The notes under the pieces are model-generated. The model was given only the letters and a program-made list of their open reading frames with translations, did no database searches and was not told where the DNA came from. The position numbers and the translations under genes were made by a program. From assembly GCA_934091055.1 (NCBI GenBank), contig CAKOKN010000005.1:58-64057 (forward strand): a DNA stretch of 64,000 nt, read 5' to 3'. This stretch comes from an uncultured Bacilli bacterium. GTDB lineage: Bacteria; Bacillota_I; Bacilli_A; RF39; UBA660. This document shows positions 40,462 through 49,391 of this stretch, one piece after another; the stretch's first letter is position 1; each line of letters begins with the position of its first letter.

Positions 40462-42246
40462 ATGAAAGATAGAAAAGATATTGATAAGAAGTATACTTGG
40501 AATTTAGATGTTATTTATAGTAATACTACAGAATTTGATAAGGACTATAACTTAGTAATAGATAAAATTAATTCTTTAAAAAAATATGAAAATACTATGA
40601 TGGATAATAGTGATAATTTTTATGATTCTATTAGACTATCATTTGAAATAGAAAGACTAATTGATAAGCTATATTGTTATGCTAATTTGTCTTTTGATTT
40701 AGATACTTCAAATAATGATAAACAAGAACTATGCGAGAAAGTATCTAATTTGAGAAGTAAGTATAGTGAGAATAGTTATTTTATAGTACCTAGTCTTTTA
40801 AAGCAAGACTATAGTGTTATAGAAGAATATATGAAAGAGAATCCTTTAATTAAAGATTATGAAATTTCTATTAAAGAAATATATAGATATAAAGAACATA
40901 CTCTTTCTGATGCAGAAGAGAGACTTTTATCCAGTATTGGTAAGATGGTGGGAAACTGCTATGACACATATGAACTATTTAAAGATTGTGATATGTCTTT
41001 TGATAGTATTGAAGATGAGAATGGTAATAAAGTAGAACTTAATAATAGTAATTATAGTCTATATATTGAAAGTAAAGATAGAAGAGTAAGAAAAGATACT
41101 TTTAATACTTTATATAAGGAGTATAAAAAATATACTAATACTTTTGCTTCATTAATATCTTCGAATATGAAAGAACTATCTACGATGGCTAAGATTAATA
41201 AGTATAATAGTGCTATTGAAATGAGTTTATATGCTGATGATGTTGATATTAAAGTATATAATAATTTAATAGATAGTGTTCATAAACATATTGATTATAT
41301 TTATGATTATTATAAGTTAAAAAAAGATATTCTTAATTTAGATAATATTCATTTATATGATATATATGTACCTATTGATAATAGTTTTGATAAAAAGTAT
41401 AGTTATGAAGAAGCTAAAGAAGTTATACTTAAGGTATTAGAAGTATTTGGAGATGAATACATAAATAAAGTAAAAGAGGCTCTTGGTAATAGATGGATAG
41501 ATGTATATCCCACTAAAAACAAGAGAACTGGTGGATATTCTGGTGGTAGTTATGATACTTATCCATATATTTTACTAAATTATCAAGATAAGTATAATGA
41601 TATGTCTACTTTAATTCACGAAATGGGGCATTCTATGCATAGTTATTATTCTAGAAGCTATAATGATTATCAAAATAGTGAATATAGAATATTTGTTGCT
41701 GAAGTTGCTTCGACAGTTAATGAGTTATTACTTAGTCATTATTTACTTGAGCATAGTAGTGATGTAGAAGAGAAGAAATATATTTTAAATAATTTAATGG
41801 AATTATATAGAGCCACTGTATACAGACAGACTATGTTTGCTGAATTTGAAAGAGATATATCTAATATTGTTGATAATGATGGGGCACTTACGGCGGATAA
41901 ATTATCTAATATGTATTATGATTTGAATAAATTTTACTTTGGTGATGGAGTAGTAGTTGATGATGAAATCAGATATGAATGGGAGAGAATACCACACTTC
42001 TACTACGACTTCTATGTATATAAGTATGCTACAGGAATAAGTGCGGCGACCACTATTGTGAAGGGTATACTAGATAAGAAAGAAAATGCTGTGGAAAATT
42101 ATATTGATTTTCTAAAGTGCGGTTCTAGATTATCGCCAATTGAATCTTTAAAAGTGGCTGGTGTTGATTTAACTAATAGTAGTGTTGTAGATACCGCTCT
42201 TGATGAATTTAAAAATATACTTGATATGTATAAAGAGTTAATATAA
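40462..42246 (+). CDS. pepF: Oligoendopeptidase F (M3B)
   Basis: 594 aa, HEMGH zinc motif, M3B architecture. Confidence 0.9.
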   Translation: MKDRKDIDKKYTWNLDVIYSNTTEFDKDYNLVIDKINSLKKYENTMMDNSDNFYDSIRLSFEIERLIDKLYCYANLSFDLDTSNNDKQELCEKVSNLRSKYSENSYFIVPSLLKQDYSVIEEYMKENPLIKDYEISIKEIYRYKEHTLSDAEERLLSSIGKMVGNCYDTYELFKDCDMSFDSIEDENGNKVELNNSNYSLYIESKDRRVRKDTFNTLYKEYKKYTNTFASLISSNMKELSTMAKINKYNSAIEMSLYADDVDIKVYNNLIDSVHKHIDYIYDYYKLKKDILNLDNIHLYDIYVPIDNSFDKKYSYEEAKEVILKVLEVFGDEYINKVKEALGNRWIDVYPTKNKRTGGYSGGSYDTYPYILLNYQDKYNDMSTLIHEMGHSMHSYYSRSYNDYQNSEYRIFVAEVASTVNELLLSHYLLEHSSDVEEKKYILNNLMELYRATVYRQTMFAEFERDISNIVDNDGALTADKLSNMYYDLNKFYFGDGVVVDDEIRYEWERIPHFYYDFYVYKYATGISAATTIVKGILDKKENAVENYIDFLKCGSRLSPIESLKVAGVDLTNSSVVDTALDEFKNILDMYKELI

Positions 42247-42280
42247 AAAGAGACAATTACAATGTCTCTTTTGTTTGTTT
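42247..42280. terminator. Terminator between convergent pepF and the 42305-42721 gene
   Basis: Stem aaagagaca/tgtctcttt followed by a T-rich tract. Confidence 0.6.
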
Positions 42281-42304
42281 TTATTTAGATATAATAATAT
42301 TAAA

Positions 42305-42721
42305 TTAATATTTATTAAATAATTCATTTAGATAGTCTACTACACTTTTGGCGTTTGTATAATATCTGTTTCCATCATTCAAGACTAAAACTATAGAGTT
42401 ATCATCTATTATTTTTATTTCTCTTTTTTGGATTACATTATTTTTTTCATAAGTTATAGTTACAGTACTATAACATTTGTCTTCCTCTCCAGTCCAAGGA
42501 CCATTATCAGATAAACTGTTCCATTTATCAAATATTTTTGAAACTTCTTCTTTAGGAAAAGTAGTTTCTCGATTGTTACAATCTTTCATAGTTATTTCAT
42601 AGTTATTTGCTTCAGTTATCTCTTTCATCCAATTAGCTTTATTATTATTTAGTAAAAATAGAACTGCAATAGCAATTACTACTATAATACCACCTATTAT
42701 AATATAATTCTTTTTATTCAT
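42305..42721 (-). CDS. Membrane-anchored hypothetical protein
   Basis: N-terminal TM helix (IIIGGIIVVIAIAVLFLL) and RBS aggagg. No family was recognised. Confidence 0.5.
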   Translation of the reverse strand: MNKKNYIIIGGIIVVIAIAVLFLLNNNKANWMKEITEANNYEITMKDCNNRETTFPKEEVSKIFDKWNSLSDNGPWTGEEDKCYSTVTITYEKNNVIQKREIKIIDDNSIVLVLNDGNRYYTNAKSVVDYLNELFNKY

Positions 42722-42838
42722 ATTCTCCTCCTAATTATACTTTCATTTTAATAGTAACATTAAGATTATTTTGTGTCAATATTTTTATAAATAATCTTTC
42801 TTTTTTTTTGGTTTTACTGTATACTAATACTAGGTGAT

Positions 42839-43931
42839 ATGATGGAATTGTATGAATTAAAAAAAGAATATAAAGATCTTAGTGAGAGAACAGATATTCT
42901 TAGGAGGTCTCTTTGACTTAGATAATAAAATTAAGAGAGTAGAAGAAATTAATAAATTAATGCTTAACAGTTCTTTTTGGGATGATAGAGAGACTGCTGA
43001 TAGAGTTGTACAAGAACTTAAGATAACTAAAGAAATTATAGAAAAGTTCAATAATTTGAATAAAAAAATTAATGATAATATAGATATAATAAATAATTTT
43101 AGTGATGACTTAGAACTTGTTGATTTATCTATAGCAGAGTGTGATGAACTAAAAAAAGATATATATAATTTAGAACTTGAAACGTATTTAAATGGTGAAT
43201 ATGATAGTAATAATGCTATTGTTGAAATACATGCTGGAGCTGGTGGAACGGAATCTTGTGATTGGGTTTCAATGTTATATAGGATGTATACAAGGTATGC
43301 TGGCAATAACGGATTTATAGTTGAAGAATTAGATAGACAAGATGGTGAAGAGGCTGGGATTAAGTCTGTAATGTTTCAAATAAATGGTTTTAACGCATAT
43401 GGCTATTTAAAGGGTGAGAAAGGAGTACATAGACTTGTTAGAATTAGTCCTTTTGACTCTAATAAAAGACGTCATACTTCTTTTGCTGCAGTTGATGTTA
43501 TGCCAGAAATTAATAAAAATATTGATATCAAAATAGATGATAATGATCTTAGAATAGATATATATAGAAGTAGTGGCCCTGGAGGACAAGGTGTAAACAC
43601 TACTGATAGTGCAGTTAGAATTACCCATATACCTACAGGTATTGTAGTTACTTGTCAACAAGAAAGAAGCCAAATTAGAAATAAAGAAAAAGCACTTGAA
43701 GTTCTTAAAGGTAAACTATTATTACTTGAAAAGGCAAAACAAGATGAAAAGATTAATGGTATAAAAGGAGAACAATTATCTAATGGATGGGGAAGTGCTA
43801 AGAGAAGTTATGTATTGTGTCCTTATACTTTAGTAAAAGATAATGATAGTGGTTTTGAAAGCAGTAATGTATCTGCGATACTTGATGGTGAAATTAGTAC
43901 TATGTTGGAGGAAGGAATAAGAAAAAAATAA
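42839..43931 (+). CDS. prfB: Peptide chain release factor 2, requiring a programmed +1 frameshift at 42911-42917
   Basis: ORF0 MMELYELKKEYKDLSERTDILRRSL ends at TGA 42914-42916. The +1 frame continues DLDNKIKRVEE and contains the SPF and GGQ (SGPGGQG) motifs. Confidence 0.95.
42899..42917 (+). promoter_or_regulatory. RF2 autoregulatory frameshift site (CTT AGG AGG TCT CTT TGA C)
   Basis: An internal SD-like AGGAGG lies 3 nt upstream of the slippery CTT TGA C, as in the classical prfB site. Confidence 0.9.
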
Positions 43932-43964
43932 AGTTGGTTATGTAATTTTAAATGGAGTTGGTTT

Positions 43965-44870
43965 GTGATGAGTTTTTTTGATTATTTTAGAAAAAAGAAA
44001 ATTAATAATGTTGTTGAAATAGTTAGAAGAAAAAATGTTGGTAAAAGATATTTAATGTTAATAAGTGGTTGTTTAATAGTGGCTTTTGCCTTCAATTTAT
44101 TTTTCTTAAGATATGGTATAGTTTGCTTTGGTGTCAGTGGAATATCTATTGTACTAAATAAATTTGGAGTTAATCCATCAGTATTTATTTTGATTGCTAA
44201 TATACTTTTGATGATTCTTGCATATTTTGTTCTTGGTAAAAAAGATGCTAAAAATCAATTAGTTGGAGCTTTGACATATCCTGTACTTGTTGAGATTACT
44301 AGTAAAATTACACCTTATATTAGTTTAGATGGCATAGAGATGGTTGTTATTATATTACTAGGAGGAGTACTTGCTGGTATAGGATATGGTCTTATATATA
44401 AAAGTAATTTTTCTACTGGTGGAACTGATGTACTTATTGAAATAATATGTAAATATTTAAAGATGTCAATGGGAAATGCTGGTCTTATAGTGAATGGAAC
44501 TATTGTTGCTCTTGGAAAGATTGTTTTTCCTTGGAGTACTATTTTGTATGGTGTATTAGTGTCATATTTAATATCTATATTTACAGATAAAGTATTACTT
44601 GGTATATCAAAAAGTAAAGCTTTTTATATAGTTGTTGATAAAAAGAAAGATGATTTGGTAAGAGACTTTTTAATTTCTCTTAAGGGCGTTGGAACTACTG
44701 TTATTGATGCTGAAGGAGGATATTCTAGTGATTCTCAGACACTTTTGTTGGCGGTAGTACCTACTAAAGACTATTTTATAGTTAAAGAAGGTCTTAGAGA
44801 AATAGATAAAAATATTTTCTTTTTAGTATGTGATTCTTATGAAGTTAGTGATAGGAGTGGATCACTATGA
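43965..44870 (+). CDS. YitT-family membrane protein (DUF2179 C-terminal domain)
   Basis: Five or six TM segments with the FSTGGTD motif, and a C-terminal DUF2179-like domain. Confidence 0.7.
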   Translation: MMSFFDYFRKKKINNVVEIVRRKNVGKRYLMLISGCLIVAFAFNLFFLRYGIVCFGVSGISIVLNKFGVNPSVFILIANILLMILAYFVLGKKDAKNQLVGALTYPVLVEITSKITPYISLDGIEMVVIILLGGVLAGIGYGLIYKSNFSTGGTDVLIEIICKYLKMSMGNAGLIVNGTIVALGKIVFPWSTILYGVLVSYLISIFTDKVLLGISKSKAFYIVVDKKKDDLVRDFLISLKGVGTTVIDAEGGYSSDSQTLLLAVVPTKDYFIVKEGLREIDKNIFFLVCDSYEVSDRSGSL

Positions 44871-45766
44871 TATTAAAAAGAAGAAAATATATTAATTTGC
44901 CTCTTTTAGAAAAAAGAATAAAGAGTGACTTAGAATATAAAAACTTTTTTATGTTTATTATGGGAATGCTTGTTTGTTCTATAGCAGTTAATTTATTTTA
45001 TGTGCCAAATGATATTGTTACTACCGGAAGTACTGGATTAGCTATTGTAATAGATCATTTTCTTAATATAGATTTATCAATTACTGTTTTTGCATTATCA
45101 TCAATATTTCTTTCTTTAAGTTTTTGTGTTTTTGGTGCAGAGTATGGAGCTAAAAATATAATGGCTACGCTATTTTACCCTATATTTATTAAAGCTACAT
45201 CACTTATTTGTAATTATATTACATTTTCAGATACGTCACTTTTTCTTTTAGTAGTTATTGGTGGAGTTTTAATGGGTACAGGTTTTGGTATCATTAAAAA
45301 AAGTGGCTATACTTTAGGAGGCTTTTATTTCTTGTATGATTTTTTATATGATAAATTGAAAATCTCTTTAGGTAAGTCTAGTTTTTTATGTAATTCAATT
45401 GTTATAGTATTAAGTTTATTTATATTTGGATTAGATAAATGCATATATGCTATTATTGCTTTATATATATGTTCTTTAATGACAGATAAAATAATGCTTG
45501 GAGTATCTAGAAATAAAGCTTTCTTTATTGTTACTAAAAGACCTTTATTAGTTAGAGATTATGTTGTTAATAATTTAAATTATACAGTTACTATAGTTAA
45601 TGCAAGAGGAGGATACTCTAATCAAAAAAAGAAAATGCTTATTTGTATTATTCCGACGATTAAGTATTGTGAAGTAAAAGAAGTTATTAGAGAAATAGAT
45701 AAAGATTCTTTCTTCTTAATAACAGACAGTTATTTTGTTTCAAAACAATTAAGGAAAAATATGTGA
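44867..45766 (+). CDS. YitT-family membrane protein, tandem paralog
   Basis: Same architecture as the preceding gene, with a 4-nt overlap (ATGA). Confidence 0.7.
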   Translation: MILKRRKYINLPLLEKRIKSDLEYKNFFMFIMGMLVCSIAVNLFYVPNDIVTTGSTGLAIVIDHFLNIDLSITVFALSSIFLSLSFCVFGAEYGAKNIMATLFYPIFIKATSLICNYITFSDTSLFLLVVIGGVLMGTGFGIIKKSGYTLGGFYFLYDFLYDKLKISLGKSSFLCNSIVIVLSLFIFGLDKCIYAIIALYICSLMTDKIMLGVSRNKAFFIVTKRPLLVRDYVVNNLNYTVTIVNARGGYSNQKKKMLICIIPTIKYCEVKEVIREIDKDSFFLITDSYFVSKQLRKNM

Positions 45767-45836
45767 ATTTCATTAAAGATATTTTAAAAATATGTAAAAA
45801 GTGATATAATTAATATTACGGATATGGAGGAGTATT

Positions 45837-46532
45837 GTGGAGTTAATTAGAGTTAGTGATGTACAAAAGACTTATAAAACTGGTACGGTTGCTTTATATG
45901 ACTTCAATCTTACTATTAAAAAGGGTGAGTTTGTATTTGTTATAGGAGCTTCTGGTAGTGGTAAGTCTACACTTATAAAGATGTTATATAGAGAAGAAAA
46001 ACCTGATAAAGGTTCAATTATTATTGGAGGAATTAATGTTGCAAAGCTTAGAAATAGAAAAGTATATATTCTAAGAAGAAAACTTGGTGTTGTTTTCCAA
46101 GATTTTAAATTGTTACCTAAATTAACAGTTTATGAAAATGTTGCTTTTGCTATGGAAGTACTTGGTTATGATAAAAAACAAATACATAGAAGAGTAATGG
46201 AAGTATTAGATTTAGTTGGTTTAAAGAATAAAGTAAGACAATTTCCTAATCAATTGTCTGGTGGTGAACAACAAAGAGTTGTAATAGCGAGAGCTATAGT
46301 TAATAAACCTAAGTTACTTATTTGTGATGAACCTACAGGAAATTTGGACCCTGACACTTCAATGGAGATTATGAAAGTTCTAGATGAGGTTAATGCAATG
46401 GGAACTACTATTATAATGGCAACACACGATAGAGATATAGTGGATAGAATGAAAAAGAGAGTTATCTTACTTGATCACGGAAGACTTGTTAAGGACATAG
46501 AAAAGGGGTGCTATTATAATGAAAGGTTTTAG
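45837..46532 (+). CDS. ftsE: Cell division ATP-binding protein FtsE
   Basis: ABC ATPase motifs GASGSGKST, LSGGEQQR and DEPTGNLD. Followed by ftsX. Confidence 0.9.
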   Translation: MELIRVSDVQKTYKTGTVALYDFNLTIKKGEFVFVIGASGSGKSTLIKMLYREEKPDKGSIIIGGINVAKLRNRKVYILRRKLGVVFQDFKLLPKLTVYENVAFAMEVLGYDKKQIHRRVMEVLDLVGLKNKVRQFPNQLSGGEQQRVVIARAIVNKPKLLICDEPTGNLDPDTSMEIMKVLDEVNAMGTTIIMATHDRDIVDRMKKRVILLDHGRLVKDIEKGCYYNERF

Positions 46533-47439
46533 AGCAATAAAAAGATATTTTAGAGACTCTATACACGGAGTTTTTAGAAATTTCTCATTATCATTAGCAT
46601 CTATTTCTTGTATAACTATAACTTTAATAGTAGTGGGTGTTTCACTTATAATGTCTGCGAATGTTGAAAATTTTTCAGATTCTATTAGAAAAGATGTAAC
46701 TGTTGTTATGTTCTTAAAGAGTACTACTACTTCTGAAGATGTAGATAAAATAAAAAAAGAATTAGAGAGCATAGAAAATATTGAAAATAAAAGTATAGAG
46801 TTTAAATCTAAAGTTGATTCTGCGAATGAATTAAAAAAGGGAAATGATATATTCTCTAATACAGTAGATGGTTGGACTCCAGAAACTAATCCATTGCTTG
46901 ATAGTTATATGTTTAAAGTAAAGGATATAGAAAAAATAGATGATACTGTCAATGCTGTTAAGAATTTAGAGTTTTCTAAAGATAAAATTAATAATATAAA
47001 TTATGGTGAAGATATAGTACATCAATTGATAATTGTGTTTAATGTAGTTAAAAAGATATGTATAGTAGCAGTAGTTGCTCTTGTACTTGTAACAGCTTTC
47101 TTGATAGCTAATACTATTAAGCTAGCAATATATTCTAGAAAAAGAGAAATTGAAATAATGCGATTAGTCGGAGCTTCAAATGTATCTATAAAAATACCAT
47201 TTATATTTGAAGGCTTGTTTATTGGAATACTTGGTTCTATTATACCTATATTAATAGCAATATTTGGTTATACTTCTTTGTATGATTTCTTTGGAGGTAA
47301 GCTATTTGGTTCTGCTTTAGCATCTTTGATAGCTCCTATGCCATTTGTATATTATATATCTGGTATATTACTTCTTATTGGTATAGTAGTTGGTATGATA
47401 GGAAGTTATCAAGCTGTAAGAAAGTATTTAAAGATATAA
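46519..47439 (+). CDS. ftsX: Cell division permease-like protein FtsX
   Basis: One TM, an extracellular domain, then three TM segments in FtsX topology. Overlaps ftsE. Confidence 0.85.
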   Translation: MKGFRAIKRYFRDSIHGVFRNFSLSLASISCITITLIVVGVSLIMSANVENFSDSIRKDVTVVMFLKSTTTSEDVDKIKKELESIENIENKSIEFKSKVDSANELKKGNDIFSNTVDGWTPETNPLLDSYMFKVKDIEKIDDTVNAVKNLEFSKDKINNINYGEDIVHQLIIVFNVVKKICIVAVVALVLVTAFLIANTIKLAIYSRKREIEIMRLVGASNVSIKIPFIFEGLFIGILGSIIPILIAIFGYTSLYDFFGGKLFGSALASLIAPMPFVYYISGILLLIGIVVGMIGSYQAVRKYLKI

Positions 47440-47468
47440 TAAAAAAAGAAACTAATTTGTTAGTTTCT
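47439..47468. repeat. Left copy of a 30-nt hairpin repeat (ATAAAAAAAGAAACTAATTTGTTAGTTTCT); acts as terminator for the minus-strand regulator gene
   Basis: 29/30 identical to 55714-55743. 9-bp stem agaaactaa/ttagtttct. The A7 on + gives a T7 tail on the minus strand. Confidence 0.7.
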
Positions 47469-47496
47469 AGGAACTTTTAACTAAGTTCTTTTTTTT
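47469..47496 (+). terminator. ftsX terminator
   Basis: Stem gaactt/aagttc followed by T8. Confidence 0.6.
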
Positions 47497-47521
47497 ACAT
47501 TTTCATTAAAAGTTTTATTGT

Positions 47522-47944
47522 CTAAATATCCATAGGATTTTCTGGTTTTAATTGTCCATCACAGTTAGTACAATCAAACACGGGTAGATTTTTGTTTCCG
47601 GCTATTTCATAAATATTTTTAAAGTGGTTAACTACTTGTATTGGCATTTTACTTTCAATTCCACAAGAATCACATTTGTATTTTATGTACTTAATATTTG
47701 TTTTAACATTATCATCCTCACATAATTTATAAAAATCGACTCCTAAAGCTCTTGATATTCTCCATAATGCACCGAGAGAAAAAGTTTGATGATATGAAGA
47801 TTCTATTCCACTTATAAATGATAACGAATAATCAATTTCTTCAGCTAGTTTCTCTTGAGTCCATCCACGAAGTTTTCTATATTTTTTAATATTTTTACCT
47901 ATTACTTGGTAAATATAGTTTTCATCATCTTTTTTAAATTCCAT
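47522..47944 (-). CDS. XRE-family HTH regulator with a C-terminal CxxC...CxxC zinc-ribbon-like domain
   Basis: RBS aaggagg. HTH motif KKYRKLRGWTQEKLAEEIDYSLSFISGIE. C-terminal CDSCG and CTNCDG motifs. Confidence 0.7.
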   Translation of the reverse strand: MEFKKDDENYIYQVIGKNIKKYRKLRGWTQEKLAEEIDYSLSFISGIESSYHQTFSLGALWRISRALGVDFYKLCEDDNVKTNIKYIKYKCDSCGIESKMPIQVVNHFKNIYEIAGNKNLPVFDCTNCDGQLKPENPMDI

Positions 47945-48003
47945 AACTACACCTCCTTAATGTCATAGTTTTTTTAGAACAATTACCTACAATATAATTA
48001 TCT

Positions 48004-48081
48004 TACAAAAATAGTGCATTTTTAATCGACTATTATTGCAATTTTTGTATAAAATATTCAAAAATAATGCAATATTTTGTA
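48004..48081. promoter_or_regulatory. Three operator-like repeats of TGCAAT(A/T)TTTTGTA
   Basis: One inverted copy, tacaaaaatagtgca, at 48004-48018. Two direct copies at 48037-48049 and 48068-48081. The last overlaps the -35 of the operon promoter. Confidence 0.5.
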
Positions 48082-48095
48082 AATTGTGTTATAAT
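48067..48095 (+). promoter_or_regulatory. Promoter of the 48126-55662 operon
   Basis: ATGCAA (-35), 17-bp spacer, and the extended -10 element TGtTATAAT (48087-48095). Confidence 0.5.
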
Positions 48096-48125
48096 TGTAT
48101 ATGATAGAAAGGAGTGAGTATTGAT

Positions 48126-49391
48126 ATGCTTTGCCCTAAATGTGGTAATTATATTGAAAGTGGGACTAAATATTGTAATAAGTGTGGCTTATTTTTAGGA
48201 TATCCTATTAACAATATTTTTATGCAATCATCATTGGAACAAAACAATGGAATGGATAATTCAAATCAATATCCACCTCATATAATTTCTAATGTTAATC
48301 AAAATTATGGTTTAGCTGATAAAACTAATAATAAAAAAATGATATTTATAGGAGTTGGAAGTGGTGTGGGTTTATTAGTTGTGATTGTTTTAATGATAGC
48401 TTTATTTGGTGGGGGAAAGTCTAATTATTATTTTTCTTCTTCAGGAAATTATGATAATGAAAATAATACAACAAATACTGAAAATAAAGGAGAAGAAAAT
48501 TCTAAAAAAGGAAAGTACCAAACAGTTATAATTACAGATAATACATATAGTGGTGTGAAAGTTAGTAATAGTAGTGATGCTTATAAATTGATTGAAAAAG
48601 ATTCGATTTCACAAAAAAATAAATGTCCTACTGAAATAAAAAAAGTTGAAGATGAAATAATTGAAAAATATAATATTACAGCAGTTAATTTATGTGAGAT
48701 GGATGTGGAATTTGCAAGAGAATTAGAAAATGTATTTGAAGTCATATATAAGGATTATCCAAGTGCTAGAGGTTATATTACAAATTTAACTTTGAGAAAT
48801 ACTAATATGTTATCAGAGGGGGGCGTAATAGCTGCTTTTATGCCAGTATTTAATTTTGCAACATCAGATTCTGATTCGACGTATCCGTGGGTTATTAAAA
48901 CACAGATTTTATTAAGTAGTCAATTTTTTTTGAATAGAAGTAAGCTTGAAGCAAGTACAAAAGATGGTTCATCATTAGGTCATTTTCCACCTAATTCAAC
49001 AATTTATTCTCCGGTTGCACATGAGCTTGGTCACTATTTATCGTTTCTAGCAATGATGAATTACTATAAAATAAATTCAATATTATTAATAAACAATGAT
49101 AGTATTGATACATTTTACAAATTATATTCTGATTTTGGTGATGGTAATTATTCATTTTCTATGATTAATGAAGCTTATGAAAATTATAAAAAAGATACTA
49201 ATACATCAATGAGTTTAGATGAATGGAGAGGGACTATTTCAAAATATGCTTTAGCTAAAGATAATAGTGGAGAATATATTTACGATGAGACTATTGCTGA
49301 GGCATTTCACGATGTATATTTAAATAATGAAACCGCTAAAGATGCAAGCAAGTATATTGTAAAAGTTTTGAAAGAAAAGTTGGAGGGGTAG
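48126..49391 (+). CDS. Zinc-ribbon / TM / extracytoplasmic HExxH metalloprotease-like protein (M34/ATLF-like)
   Basis: N-terminal CPKCGN...CNKCG and one TM helix. HELGH at 49020-49034, with a downstream ETIAEAFHD resembling the third-ligand EFFAE motif of lethal-factor/PPEP-type M34 peptidases. Confidence 0.55.
   Translation: MLCPKCGNYIESGTKYCNKCGLFLGYPINNIFMQSSLEQNNGMDNSNQYPPHIISNVNQNYGLADKTNNKKMIFIGVGSGVGLLVVIVLMIALFGGGKSNYYFSSSGNYDNENNTTNTENKGEENSKKGKYQTVIITDNTYSGVKVSNSSDAYKLIEKDSISQKNKCPTEIKKVEDEIIEKYNITAVNLCEMDVEFARELENVFEVIYKDYPSARGYITNLTLRNTNMLSEGGVIAAFMPVFNFATSDSDSTYPWVIKTQILLSSQFFLNRSKLEASTKDGSSLGHFPPNSTIYSPVAHELGHYLSFLAMMNYYKINSILLINNDSIDTFYKLYSDFGDGNYSFSMINEAYENYKKDTNTSMSLDEWRGTISKYALAKDNSGEYIYDETIAEAFHDVYLNNETAKDASKYIVKVLKEKLEG

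Noticed and set aside
42857-43306. 149-aa antisense ORF over the prfB 5' region
   Set aside because: Same reasoning as for the clpC antisense ORF; the region is explained by the frameshifted prfB gene.
43965-45766. Tandem yitT paralogs as something unusual
   Set aside because: This looks like a plain tandem duplication of a common Firmicute membrane protein family, with no additional signal.
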